The notes under the pieces: model-generated
Databases searched by the model: none
What the model was told of the DNA's origin: nothing
The model's input: the letters and a program-made list of their open reading frames with translations, nothing else
From: Phenylobacterium sp.
Lineage (GTDB): Bacteria; Pseudomonadota; Alphaproteobacteria; Caulobacterales; Caulobacteraceae
NCBI RefSeq assembly: GCF_004799395.1
Contig: NZ_SSMZ01000080.1
Location: 5,705-69,704 of the forward strand
Direction: 5' to 3'
Length of the DNA stretch: 64,000 bases
Made by a program: the position numbers and the translations under genes
In this document: positions 1 through 9,477 of the stretch, one piece after another
How the letters are laid out: each line of letters begins with the position of its first letter
Position numbering within the stretch: the stretch's first letter is position 1

Positions 1-692
1 GCTTGGGCTGCGATGCGGGCGAAGTTGATCGAGTTGACGCCCGACAGGTCCACGGCCTGGCGCAGGCTCTCGTCCTGGAAGGCGGCCTTCACGATGGCCT
101 GGCAGTCGTCGAACGAGCCCCTCACCGCCACGCAGGCGACGTTGGATTCCGTGGCCGTGGTCATGAAGCGGCGCTGCACCTCGCTGATGCGGCCTTCCGG
201 GAAGAGCGCGACCACCTTGACGTTCTTGCGGCCGCGGAAGGCCTCGACCGCCGCGCCGCCGGTGTCGCCGGAGGTCGCGCAGAGGATGGTCTGGGTGCGC
301 CCCTGCCCGCCCAGCAAATGGTCGTAGAGCCGGGCCAGGATCTGCATGGCCACGTCCTTGAAGGCGAGGCTCGGACCGTGGAACAGCTCGGCCAGGAAGA
401 CCTCGGGCGCGAGTTGCACCAGCGGCACGACCGCCGAGTGGGTGAACGTCGAATAGGCCTCGTGGCACATTTCGCGCAGATCGGCCGCGGCGATCTCGCC
501 GTCGGCGAAGGCCCCGATCACCTTGGCGGCGACTTCCGCGTAGGGCTTGCCCGCGAAGCCGGCGATCTCGGTGGCGCTGAACTTCGGCCAGGTCTGCGGC
601 ACATAGAGGCCGCCGTCCGGCGCGAGCCCGCCCAGGACCGCGTCGACAAAGCCCACGTGGGGCGCACTGCCCCGGGTGGAGACGTAGCGCAT
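1..692 (-). CDS. thrC: threonine synthase, N-terminal part (gene runs off window start)
   Basis: Own minus-strand translation from the ATG (complement of 690-692): MRYVSTRGSAPHVGFVDAVLGGLAPDGGLYVPQTWPKF..., a typical ThrC N-terminus. Absent from the ORF track because there is no in-window stop. The start overlaps the SURF1 stop (TGATG). Confidence 0.85.
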   Translation of the reverse strand, partial: MRYVSTRGSAPHVGFVDAVLGGLAPDGGLYVPQTWPKFSATEIAGFAGKPYAEVAAKVIGAFADGEIAAADLREMCHEAYSTFTHSAVVPLVQLAPEVFLAELFHGPSLAFKDVAMQILARLYDHLLGGQGRTQTILCATSGDTGGAAVEAFRGRKNVKVVALFPEGRISEVQRRFMTTATESNVACVAVRGSFDDCQAIVKAAFQDESLRQAVDLSGVNSINFARIAAQ

Positions 693-1453
693 CAACCTCT
701 CATTCGCTTGAAGACCGCGGCGCCATAGACGCCGGCCAGGGCGCCGGCAAGGCCGAACCAGGTGAGCGCGTATTCCAGGTGCCGGTTGGGGATGTCCACC
801 GGGAAGGGCGCGGGGATCAGCCCCTTGAAGTCCGGGTTGGTCGAGGTCTCCGCCATCAGGAACAAGGGCGCGACCGGCTGGTCTGCGCCCAGCGCGGCTG
901 CCATCTTCCTGGCGTCGTGAAGATACCACTTGGTCGGCGTGGCGGGCGGGGTGGTGAAGTTGCCGCGTTCTCCGGGGCGCAGGACGCCGGTCACCTCGAC
1001 GGGATCGAGGATCGTCGGATCGGGCAGCGGCCGCGCCGTCACCGTGTCGGGGATGAAGCCGCGGTCCACCAGGATGGAGCGGTAGACCCCGCTCACCACC
1101 GGGCAGGCCGAGATCAGGCGGGCGCCGATCTGGCCCTCGCGCAGGCTATAGAGCTCCAGCGCCTTGGCCCGCGCCAAGCCCGGGCAGGTGACCTTCACGC
1201 GGACGAACTCCTCGTTGTGGCCCAGCGCCAAGGCGTCCAGCACCGGCGCGAGCGGCACGGCCGGAGCGGCCTCGGCGTGGGCGATGCCGGCCAGCAGGGC
1301 CTCTTTCCATTTCAGCCGCTGCAGCTGCCAGACGCCAAGTCCGATGAGGATCGCAAACGCGATGACCGTGGCGAGGGTCAGGCCGACGGGAAAGCCCTTC
1401 GCCGCGGGCCTGGCGGCCCGCGGCTCGATCTGCGGCTCCCAGGCGCTAGCCAT
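692..1453 (-). CDS. SURF1/Shy1-family cytochrome oxidase assembly protein
   Basis: 253-aa ORF with an N-terminal TM helix plus WQLQRLKWK and a C-terminal HLEYALTWFGLAGAL TM helix. Located at the end of the cta cluster. Confidence 0.85.
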   Translation of the reverse strand: MASAWEPQIEPRAARPAAKGFPVGLTLATVIAFAILIGLGVWQLQRLKWKEALLAGIAHAEAAPAVPLAPVLDALALGHNEEFVRVKVTCPGLARAKALELYSLREGQIGARLISACPVVSGVYRSILVDRGFIPDTVTARPLPDPTILDPVEVTGVLRPGERGNFTTPPATPTKWYLHDARKMAAALGADQPVAPLFLMAETSTNPDFKGLIPAPFPVDIPNRHLEYALTWFGLAGALAGVYGAAVFKRMRG

Positions 1454-1802
1454 GGCGCGATTGCGAGGCCTTGTTCTTGAACTGCGCGGCCAGCATCAGG
1501 CCCTTCATGGGTCTGAGCAGCACCAGCACGATGACCAGGGTCATCGGCAGCCAGATCAGCAGGGTGAGCCAGACCGGCGTCCTGAACGCCACCATGGTGA
1601 AGAGCGCCCCGAAGGCGACGATCAGGCCGGCGATCAGGATCACGAAGACGGCCGGGCCGTCGCCGCTGTCGGCCGCGGCCAAGTCGAATCCGCAGGCCTC
1701 GCAAAGCGGCGAGACCTTCAGGAAGCCCTCGAACAAGTGACCCTCTCCGCAGTTGGGGCAGCGTCCGGCTGCGCCCGACAGCAGAGGATCAGGCTTGCTC
1801 AT
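1446..1802 (-). CDS. DUF983-type small membrane protein
   Basis: 118 aa from the ATG at 1802, inside an over-extended 347-aa track ORF. CPNCGEG...CEACG zinc-ribbon followed by two TM helices. ATGA overlap with the ctaE stop and 8-nt overlap with the SURF1 start. Confidence 0.75.
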   Translation of the reverse strand: MSKPDPLLSGAAGRCPNCGEGHLFEGFLKVSPLCEACGFDLAAADSGDGPAVFVILIAGLIVAFGALFTMVAFRTPVWLTLLIWLPMTLVIVLVLLRPMKGLMLAAQFKNKASQSRHG

Positions 1803-2680
1803 CCAGGCGATCCGACGTGCGTCCCAAAGATCACGTAGATGAAGGCGAACAGGAACAGCCAGACCACGTCGACGAAGTGCCAGTACCAGGCGGCCGCCTC
1901 GAAGCCGAAGTGCTTCTGAGGCGTGAAGCCGCCGGCCAGCAACCGCGCCAGGCAGACGGTCAGGAAGATCGTCCCGATCAGCACGTGGAAGCCGTGGAAG
2001 CCGGTGGCCATGAAGAACGACGAGCCATAGAGGCCGGAGTTGGCCTGGCCCTCGCCACCGAAGAAGTACTTGTGTTCGAGGATGTGGTTGTACTCGTAGG
2101 CCTGGATCGAGGTGAACAGCACCCCCAGGCAGATGGTCAGGAAGAGGCCGATCTTCGCGCCCTTGCGGTCGCCGGTCTGCAGCGCGTGGTGCGCCCAGGT
2201 GACCGTCGTGCCCGAGAGCAGCAGGGTCAGCGTATTGACCAGAGGCAACTGGAACGCCGGCACGGTCTCGACGCCCTTCGGCGGCCAAGTGGCCCAGGCG
2301 GCGCGCACGTCGTCGATGGAGGAGGCGGCGCGCACATGATGGAACAGCGCCATCTCGAAGAAGATCCAGAACCACGCGACGAAGAACATCACCTCCGAGG
2401 CGATGAACAGGATCATCCCGTAGCGCAGGCCAATGGAGACCACGGGGGTGTGATCGCCCTCGTTGGCCTCGATCACCACGTCGCGCCACCAGACGATCAT
2501 CGTGAACAGCACGCCGGCCAGGCCGGCGAAGAACAGCCAGGAGGTGTGCGCCGGAAGGCCGAACAGGCCCTTCATCCAGGCGACGCCGCCCATCGCCATC
2601 GCCACCGCCGAGATCGAGCCGATCAGCGGCCAGGGCGACGGATTGACCAGGTGGTAGTCGTGCTTCACGCCTGCGGCCAT
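1799..2680 (-). CDS. ctaE: cytochrome c oxidase subunit III
   Basis: 293 aa, MAAGVKHDYHLVNPSPWPLIGS..., a 7-TM Cox3 pattern ending HFVDVVWLFLF. Confidence 0.95.
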   Translation of the reverse strand: MAAGVKHDYHLVNPSPWPLIGSISAVAMAMGGVAWMKGLFGLPAHTSWLFFAGLAGVLFTMIVWWRDVVIEANEGDHTPVVSIGLRYGMILFIASEVMFFVAWFWIFFEMALFHHVRAASSIDDVRAAWATWPPKGVETVPAFQLPLVNTLTLLLSGTTVTWAHHALQTGDRKGAKIGLFLTICLGVLFTSIQAYEYNHILEHKYFFGGEGQANSGLYGSSFFMATGFHGFHVLIGTIFLTVCLARLLAGGFTPQKHFGFEAAAWYWHFVDVVWLFLFAFIYVIFGTHVGSPG

Positions 2681-2828
2681 CGGTGGTCCTAGTCCCTCAC
2701 AAATCCCGCGGCCCGAGGCGCGCAGACTCAGGCCCGCGCGGATAGACCGGTTCGCGTCACGCTATAGCCCTGCCGCGCGGGGTCCGCCAAGGGGAAACGG
2801 GCGCTCCATCCGCCGGCTTCGCCGGGGA

Positions 2829-3029
2829 TCACGCCGGTTGGCGTCCTTCGGGTGTGGAGACGTGCTCGGCGAGGAGCCGCTTGACCATCGCCAGGCACTG
2901 ATCCGGGGCGGGGGCCAGCAGCAGATGGCCGCAGTTCGCGACCCGCGCGAACTCGGCCTTGCCGGGATAGGCGGTCGCCAGGACGAAGCTGTCGACCTCG
3001 TCCCAGATGTTGGTCGCCAGGCCATGCAT
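2829..3029 (-). pseudogene. 66-aa ORF resembling only the C-terminal end of an alpha/beta hydrolase (possible remnant)
   Basis: PGKAEFARVANCGHLLLAPAPDQCLAMVKRLL resembles the His-loop/C-terminus of alpha/beta-fold hydrolases. There is no room for the rest of the fold (ctaG stop at 3046). Confidence 0.25.
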
Positions 3030-3045
3030 CTGCCGGCGCGGCGCG

Positions 3046-3618
3046 CTATTCGGTGGCCCGGGCGGGGCTTTCGCCTGCCTTCGCCCCGGCCGCCGGCTTC
3101 ACATCCGTGGCGGGGAAGAAGGTGTAGGACAGGGTGATGATCTTGCCGCCCTTGGTCTCGAAGTCCGAGGCGTATTTCGGATCGACGAAATAGAGCACCG
3201 GCATCTCCACCGTGGCGCCGGCCGCCACCGTCTGGTCGGAGAAACAGAAGCAGGAGAGTTTGCGGAAATAGACCCCGGCCTGGTCGGGGGCGACGTTGAA
3301 CACCGCCCGCGCGGTCACCGGATGGTCGGCGTGGTTGGTGACCTTGAAGATCGCGACCTTGGTCTCTCCGATCTTCACCGTCTGCGAACTCTGCTCCGGC
3401 GAGAAATCCCAGGGCAGGCCGCGGACGTTGGTGTCGAAATGGATCTCCAGCGCCTGGTCCAGCACCTGGCCCGGCGCGGTCTCGGCCTTGCGGATGGTGC
3501 CGCCGTAGCCGGTCGCCTGGCAGAAGGCGCGATAGAAGGGGATAGCCGCATAGGCCGCGCCGACCATGCCCACGAAGACGACGCCGCAGATCGCGGCCAC
3601 GCGGCCGTTGCGGCTCAT
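3046..3618 (-). CDS. ctaG: cytochrome c oxidase assembly protein CtaG/Cox11
   Basis: AIPFYRAFCQATGYGGT and the copper motif LSCFCFSDQ. ATG at 3618 preferred; the track start at 3663 is a GTG that overlaps the preceding small ORF. Confidence 0.9.
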   Translation of the reverse strand: MSRNGRVAAICGVVFVGMVGAAYAAIPFYRAFCQATGYGGTIRKAETAPGQVLDQALEIHFDTNVRGLPWDFSPEQSSQTVKIGETKVAIFKVTNHADHPVTARAVFNVAPDQAGVYFRKLSCFCFSDQTVAAGATVEMPVLYFVDPKYASDFETKGGKIITLSYTFFPATDVKPAAGAKAGESPARATE

Positions 3619-3640
3619 CCGGCGGCGCTTGGGCGCAGGC

Positions 3641-3793
3641 TCAGAAGGGCTGGCGTGCGACACTGGCGCCGAGCTTCACGATGGTGACCACGAAGACCAG
3701 GACGACGAAGATCGCCAGCCCCAGGGCCAGTGCGATGTTGCGACCGCGCCTCGCACGGGCCTCGGCGTCGGATTCGCGGGCAGGGTCGCTCAT
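3641..3793 (-). CDS. 50-aa single-TM protein between ctaB and ctaG (below track size cut-off)
   Basis: Own translation: [54 protein letters not shown] overlap with the ctaB stop, a basic N-terminus followed by one hydrophobic helix. Confidence 0.5.
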   Translation of the reverse strand: MSDPARESDAEARARRGRNIALALGLAIFVVLVFVVTIVKLGASVARQPF

Positions 3794-4779
3794 AGCAGCA
3801 GGTCCAGGGGCTTCACGCCCATCAGATGCTCGCCCAGCAGGGTCGCGAACAGCAGGGTCAGGTATAGGATGGAGAAGGCGAACAGGTTGCGCGCGTCCTT
3901 GGCGCCGGCCTTGACGTCGTAAAGACCGTCATCCTTGCGCTGCGCCTGGGCGTCGCCAGCGCGGCTGCGGAACAGGCGCACGGCCAGGAGCAGGAAAACC
4001 AGGCCGCCGAGGGCCGCCACCGCCAGATAGACCGGCCCGCCAAGGCCGGTGAGCACCGGGGTCAGGCAGAGCGGCGTGAAGAGCAGGCTGTAGATCAGGA
4101 TCTGCTTGCGGGTCGACTTGGCGCCGGCCACCAGAGGCATCATCGGCACGCCGGCCTTCTTGTAGTCCTCGCTGGTGTAGAGGCTCAGCGCCCAGAAATG
4201 CGGCGGCGTCCACATGAAGATGATGGCGCAGAGGATCCAGGCGTTGAGCGGCACGGTCCCGGTCGCCGCGGCCCAGCCGATCACCGGCGGCAGCGCGCCG
4301 GCCAGCCCGCCGATGACGATATTCTGCGCCGTCCAGCGCTTCAGCCAGACGGTGTAGACGACCGCATAGAAGAAGATCGTGAAGGCCAGCAGGCCTGCCG
4401 CCAGCCAGTTCAGCGCCATGCCCATCAGCATGACCGAGAACATCGACAGCACCACGCCCAGGGCCAGCGCGTCGGCGCCCTGCACTCGGCCCGCCGGCAC
4501 CGGGCGGCCGCGGGTGCGCCGCATCTTGGCGTCGATGTCGGCGTCGTACCACATGTTGAGCGCGCCCGACGCCCCGGCCCCGACCGCGATACAGAGGATC
4601 GCCACGCCGGCCAGGAACGGGTGCACGGGCTGGCCGGCGCAGACCAGGCCGGTGAGGCCGGTGAACACCACCAGCGACATCACGCGCGGCTTCAGGAGCT
4701 GCAGGAAGTCCTGCCAGCGGGCGGGCGCCCGCACGGCGGGCGTCTTGGCGGCAGTGGAGAGGGCCTCGGACATGGCCAT
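3790..4779 (-). CDS. ctaB: protoheme IX farnesyltransferase (heme O synthase)
   Basis: 329 aa, UbiA-superfamily motif [19 protein letters not shown], polytopic. Confidence 0.95.
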   Translation of the reverse strand: MAMSEALSTAAKTPAVRAPARWQDFLQLLKPRVMSLVVFTGLTGLVCAGQPVHPFLAGVAILCIAVGAGASGALNMWYDADIDAKMRRTRGRPVPAGRVQGADALALGVVLSMFSVMLMGMALNWLAAGLLAFTIFFYAVVYTVWLKRWTAQNIVIGGLAGALPPVIGWAAATGTVPLNAWILCAIIFMWTPPHFWALSLYTSEDYKKAGVPMMPLVAGAKSTRKQILIYSLLFTPLCLTPVLTGLGGPVYLAVAALGGLVFLLLAVRLFRSRAGDAQAQRKDDGLYDVKAGAKDARNLFAFSILYLTLLFATLLGEHLMGVKPLDLLL

Positions 4780-4861
4780 CGGACATTACTCTTAAAATGG
4801 TCGAGGGGCGCGAACCTTGCGATGCGCGCCCCTCGGATGGTGTTGGGTGGGAAGCTTGGCC

Positions 4862-6538
4862 CTAGTGGCTGTCGGCCGTGACCACCGGCAGTTCGTTGAA
4901 CTGGTGGAACGGCGGCGGCGAGGGCAGCGTCCATTCCAGCGTCGTGGCGCCTTCGCCCCAGGGGTTGGCCTCGGCCTTGCGGCGGAAGACCATGGCGTCG
5001 ATCAGGACGACCAGGAAGACGCCGACGCCCACCAGGGTGATCGCGTAGCCGATCGAGGACACCTTGTTCCAGAAGGCGAAGCCCTCCGGATAGTCCACGT
5101 AGCGGCGCGGCATGCCTTGCAGGCCCAGGAAGTGCTGCGGGAAGAAGATCACGTTCACGCCGATGAAGGTGATCCAGAAGTGCAGCGCGCCCAGCCACTC
5201 GCGGTACTTCACGCCCCACATCTTCTCGAACCAGTAGTAGAAGCCGGCGAAGATCGCGAACACCGCACCCAGGCTCAGCACGTAGTGGAAGTGCGCCACC
5301 ACGTAGTAGGTGTCCTGGAATTGGTAGTCGACGCCGGCGTTGGCCAGGACGACGCCGGTGACGCCGCCCAGAGTGAACAGGAAGATGAAGCCGATCGCCC
5401 AGAGCATGGGCGTCTTGAAGTCGATCGACCCGCCCCACATCGTGGCGATCCAGCTGAACACCTTCACGCCCGTGGGCACGGCGATGACCATGGTGGCCGC
5501 CACGAAGTAGGCGGTCAGGTTCACGTTCATGCCCGTGGTGAACATGTGGTGCGCCCACACCAGGAAGCCGATGAAGCCGATGGCGACCATGGCGTAGGCC
5601 ATGGCGAGGTAGCCGAAGACCGGCTTGCGGCTGAAGGTCGACACGATGTGGCTGATCATGCCGAAGCCCGGCAGGATCAGGATGTAGACCTCGGGGTGAC
5701 CGAAGAACCAGAACAGGTGCTGGTACATGACGGGGTCGCCGCCGCCGGCCGCATCGAAGAAGTGGGTGTGGAAGTTGCGGTCGGTGAGCAGCATGGTGAT
5801 CGCGCCGGCCAGGACGGGCAGCGAGAGCAGCAGCAGGAACACCGTCACCAGGATCGACCACACGAACAGCGGCATGCGGTGGAGCGTCATGCCCGGCGCA
5901 CGCATGTTGAAGATGGTGGTGATGAAGTTGATGGCGCCGAGGATGGAGCTGGCGCCGGCCAGGTGGATCGAGAGAATCACGCAGTCCATCGCCGGCCCTG
6001 TGTGACCCGAGGTCGACAGGGGCGCGTACATGGTCCAGCCGCCGCCGAAGCCCCGGCCCGGCCCGCCGTCCACGAACATGGATGTGCAGAGCATGATCCA
6101 CGAGGCGACCAGCAGCCAGAACGAGATGTTGTTCATCCGCGGGAACGCCATGTCCGGCGCGCCGATCATCAGCGGCACGAACCAGTTGCCGAACCCGCCG
6201 ATCATCGCCGGCATGACCATGAAGAAGATCATGATCAGGGCGTGGGCGGTGACCACCACGTTGTAGCCGTGCTTGGATCCCTCGATCAGGCCGATCTGGG
6301 CGATCCAGCTGTGCGGCTGGAAGATCTGAATGCCAGGCTCATAGAGCTCCCAGCGGATCAGGCCCGACAAGGCGCCGCCCACCAGGCCCGCCATGATGGC
6401 GAACAGGATGTAGAGCGTGCCGATGTCCTTGTGGTTGGTGGAGAACAGCCAGCGGGTGATGAAGCCCGGCTTGTGGTCGTGACTGTCGTGCCCGTGAGCG
6501 TTTGGGCTGTCGTCGTGAGCGTGGGAGCCGTAGGCCAT
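4862..6538 (-). CDS. ctaD: cytochrome c oxidase subunit I
   Basis: 558 aa with [24 protein letters not shown] and HFHYVLS motifs. Confidence 0.97.
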   Translation of the reverse strand: MAYGSHAHDDSPNAHGHDSHDHKPGFITRWLFSTNHKDIGTLYILFAIMAGLVGGALSGLIRWELYEPGIQIFQPHSWIAQIGLIEGSKHGYNVVVTAHALIMIFFMVMPAMIGGFGNWFVPLMIGAPDMAFPRMNNISFWLLVASWIMLCTSMFVDGGPGRGFGGGWTMYAPLSTSGHTGPAMDCVILSIHLAGASSILGAINFITTIFNMRAPGMTLHRMPLFVWSILVTVFLLLLSLPVLAGAITMLLTDRNFHTHFFDAAGGGDPVMYQHLFWFFGHPEVYILILPGFGMISHIVSTFSRKPVFGYLAMAYAMVAIGFIGFLVWAHHMFTTGMNVNLTAYFVAATMVIAVPTGVKVFSWIATMWGGSIDFKTPMLWAIGFIFLFTLGGVTGVVLANAGVDYQFQDTYYVVAHFHYVLSLGAVFAIFAGFYYWFEKMWGVKYREWLGALHFWITFIGVNVIFFPQHFLGLQGMPRRYVDYPEGFAFWNKVSSIGYAITLVGVGVFLVVLIDAMVFRRKAEANPWGEGATTLEWTLPSPPPFHQFNELPVVTADSH

Positions 6539-6556
6539 CTTACGCGGATCCTCGGA

Positions 6557-7552
6557 TCAATTCTTAACCGGCGCCAGGGGCGCAGGCTTGGTGGAAGGCG
6601 CGGGGGCCGCCGGATTGACCTGGGCGGTCGGCACGGCGGGAGCGGGAGCCGTCGCCGACGCCGGCGTGGCGGCGGCGCCGGCGCCGGCGGCCGGGGCGGC
6701 CGGCGGAGCGGCCGCGGCGGGTGGGGCCGAACCGATGGGCACGCCCTTCTTCGACAGAACCCAGGCGTCGAAATCGGCCTGGCTGACCACGTGCACCTCA
6801 ATGGGCATGAAGGCGTGGTCGACGCCGCAGAGCTCGCGGCAGGAGCCGTAGTAGGTGCCGATCCGGTCGACCTTGAACCAGGTCGAGTTCAGCCGCCCGG
6901 GCACCGCGTCCATGATCACCCCGAAGGCCGGCACGGCCCAGGCGTGGATCACGTCGGCGCCGGTGGTCAGGATCTGGACGGTCTGGTTGACCGGCACCAC
7001 GAGGGGCTCGGTCGCCGCGAGCTTGTAGGGCTTGCCGGCCGCCTTGGCCTTGTCCTCGGGCAGGATGTTGGCGATGAACTCCGGCATCTTCTGGTCGGGA
7101 TATTCGTAGCCCCAGTACCACTGATAGCCCGTGGCCTTCACGGTCATGTAGGGCTTGGGCATGTCGTGATATTCGAAGAGCAGCTTGAACGAGAAGACCG
7201 CGATGATCACCAGGATCAGCACGGGCACCAGCGTCCAGATCACCTCCAGCGGAGTGTTGTGGCTCCACTTGGCCGGCACCGGATTGGCCCGCTTGTTGTA
7301 GCGGATGATGATCCACAGCAGCAGCCCCAGCACGACCAGGGTGATGACCGTGATGATCGGGAACAGGATGTAGTTGTGGAAGAAGATGGCGTCATGCTTC
7401 AGGGGAGTGACCCCCGGCTGCATCATCACCGAGCCGTTCGTGGGCTGGCCGATCAGATCGTCCGCCAGCGCAGAAGCGCCCCAGAACGCCGTTAAAGCGC
7501 CTGTCGCGATCCCCGCCGCCAGCGCCCGCATTCCCTGAAACCTAGACTGCAT
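6557..7552 (-). CDS. ctaC: cytochrome c oxidase subunit II with Pro/Ala-rich C-terminal tail
   Basis: 331 aa from the ATG at 7552 (track ORF over-extended to 8002). Signal/TM region, CuA site CRELCGVDHAFM, and a C-terminus of about 60 aa rich in P/A. Confidence 0.93.
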   Translation of the reverse strand: MQSRFQGMRALAAGIATGALTAFWGASALADDLIGQPTNGSVMMQPGVTPLKHDAIFFHNYILFPIITVITLVVLGLLLWIIIRYNKRANPVPAKWSHNTPLEVIWTLVPVLILVIIAVFSFKLLFEYHDMPKPYMTVKATGYQWYWGYEYPDQKMPEFIANILPEDKAKAAGKPYKLAATEPLVVPVNQTVQILTTGADVIHAWAVPAFGVIMDAVPGRLNSTWFKVDRIGTYYGSCRELCGVDHAFMPIEVHVVSQADFDAWVLSKKGVPIGSAPPAAAAPPAAPAAGAGAAATPASATAPAPAVPTAQVNPAAPAPSTKPAPLAPVKN

Positions 7553-7796
7553 GTCCCCTCGGTCTGACTTGTCGGCTGCACCGCGCGAATCTGGCGATCC
7601 GGTCGACTGTACAGAACGGCGCGCGCGGACGCTCGCGCGCCGGCTTAGCCCTTCATCGCGGGTGCATACGCGCATCGCTTGGGCTTGCCAAGGCGCGAGC
7701 GCACGCCCATGGGCCGGCCATCCGTGACGTAAGCGCGCGAAGGCGCAGGCCGCCCGCTTTTCAGCCGTTTCAACGACTCGTGTTCGAAAGCCCCCC

Positions 7797-8174
7797 ATGC
7801 CGCTGAAGCCCCCGACCCATCTCCATCCGGACGAGGAGGCGGCGATCCGCAAAGCGTTCGATTCGCTGGTGAACCTGGAGCCCGCGGAGCTGAAGGCCTG
7901 GCTGGCGAAGCCGGAGAGCCTCAAGGTCGGCGTGATCCGCCGCGGCGAGACGGAATCGGTGGGCCGCCAGTCGGCGCGCAGGATCTTGGAGATCCGGGCC
8001 ACGCCGGTCGCCGACCTGACCGACGCCGACTACCGCCATATGAGGAAAGTGATCGGCTACTGCCGCCGACATCTGGCGCAACGCCCATGGGGAGACGTGA
8101 CCCAGACCCGCTGGCGCTGGAGCCTGATGAACTGGGGCCACGATCCCCTGCGCGGCCGGTGCGGAGAGGTCTGA
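7797..8174 (+). CDS. DUF3140-family protein
   Basis: 125 aa. ESVGRQSARRILEIR...DADYRHMRKVIGYCRRHLAQRP...WRWSLMNWGHDP matches my recollection of DUF3140. Confidence 0.7.
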   Translation: MPLKPPTHLHPDEEAAIRKAFDSLVNLEPAELKAWLAKPESLKVGVIRRGETESVGRQSARRILEIRATPVADLTDADYRHMRKVIGYCRRHLAQRPWGDVTQTRWRWSLMNWGHDPLRGRCGEV

Positions 8175-8185
8175 CGGGGGCAAAA

Positions 8186-9196
8186 ATGTGCAGTGTCGCG
8201 GACCGGAGTTCCGCGGCATGCTGCAGCATGATGGGGACGACGGGCGCGGGTTCGAGGGCGTGGGGGCGCAGCGCCGCGGCGGTGTTGGCGACAGGAATCC
8301 TGGTCCTGGCCGGCGTCGCCGCGGCGCGACCGCGCCCGCCCGGCGGTGATCTGGAAGGTTTGTGGACCAACGTCACGGTCACGCCGATCGAGCGTCCAGC
8401 CGCCTTCGACGGCCCCACCACCACCGAAGCGAGGGCGAAGGCCTACGAGGCTTCCAACCCGCAGGCGTTCGGCGCCGCCGACATCGACGCGGTCGGCGGG
8501 CGGCAATCCGAATGGTGGGAGTACGGCGGCCCGATGATCCGCGTGGACGGCAAGATCCACACTGCCATGGTGGTCGAGCCGGCGGACGGCAAACTGCCCT
8601 ACACCGCCGCCGGGCGCACCCAGATGGAGAGCAGCCTGAAGAGCCGTATTGCAGGGTTAGATAACCCCGAGGATCGCCCCAGCACCGAGCGCTGCCTGAT
8701 GGGCGGCTCGAGCTCCTCCAGCGTGCCGATGATGCCGCACTGGGACAACAGCCTCTATCAGATCGTCCAGACCCGCGACTTCGTGACGATCCGCATGGAG
8801 TCCGGGCGGGACCCGCGGATCATCCGCCTGAACGCCGCGGCCCATCTGCCGCCGGCGATCCGCCCCTGGGCCGGCGATTCCATCGCCCACTGGGAAGGCC
8901 GCAGCCTGGTTGTCGAGACCACCAACCTGAACCCCGGCGAGGCGTTCAAATCGCCGCAGCCGCTCTATATCTCCAAGGATGCGAAGGTGACCGAACGGTT
9001 CACCCGGGTTTCGGCCGGCGAGATCGTCTACGACTTCGCGGTGGACGACCCAGCGATCTATAGCCGGCCCTGGCGCGGGCAGCTCATCTTCCACGCCGCC
9101 AAAGGACCGCTGTTCGAGTTCGCCTGCCATGAGGGGAACTACTCTCTGCCCGGCGTCCTGGCCGGCGCTCGCCACGACGAGGCGGCGGTAAAATAG
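8186..9196 (+). CDS. conserved hypothetical exported protein
   Basis: In-frame ATG at 8186 (alternative start 8228). Hydrophobic signal AAAVLATGILVLAGVAAA. Conserved-looking C-terminus FEFACHEGNYSLPGVLAGARHDE. No family name recalled. Confidence 0.6.
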   Translation: MCSVADRSSAACCSMMGTTGAGSRAWGRSAAAVLATGILVLAGVAAARPRPPGGDLEGLWTNVTVTPIERPAAFDGPTTTEARAKAYEASNPQAFGAADIDAVGGRQSEWWEYGGPMIRVDGKIHTAMVVEPADGKLPYTAAGRTQMESSLKSRIAGLDNPEDRPSTERCLMGGSSSSSVPMMPHWDNSLYQIVQTRDFVTIRMESGRDPRIIRLNAAAHLPPAIRPWAGDSIAHWEGRSLVVETTNLNPGEAFKSPQPLYISKDAKVTERFTRVSAGEIVYDFAVDDPAIYSRPWRGQLIFHAAKGPLFEFACHEGNYSLPGVLAGARHDEAAVK

Positions 9197-9200
9197 AACT

Positions 9201-9232
9201 CCGCTCATCCCGGCGAACGCCGGGATGAGCGG
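9201..9232. terminator. perfect 15-bp-arm palindromic hairpin (REP-like / terminator)
   Basis: ccgctcatcccggcg-aa-cgccgggatgagcgg, starting 5 nt after the stop at 9196. A U-rich tract follows only in the minus-strand orientation (AGUUCUAUUUU). Confidence 0.5.
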
Positions 9233-9477
9233 CATGGAAAATAGCCGCGCCGCCAAATCGCTCGAAATCCTTACCTTGCGCTAACCGCGGCGGGCAATTT
9301 TCACGCCTCGGCCGCGACCCCAAACGCGCCGACGTACTTGAGTACCGAGTATCCCCCGGCGCGCGCCCCCTCTCGCGCCGGGGTGATGCCGGTCCGTCCC
9401 AAGCCGTCACATCGAGATCTGCGCCCGCGACGCCGAAGCCGGGTGACGTGGACCGCCCGGCTCCCTATCTTTGCCGC

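Noticed and set aside
4817-7495. 892-aa plus-strand ORF, the longest in the track
   Set aside because: It lies exactly antisense to ctaD and ctaC, which have unambiguous oxidase motifs. Its R/G/D/H/A-rich composition without motifs is typical of shadow frames in GC-rich DNA.
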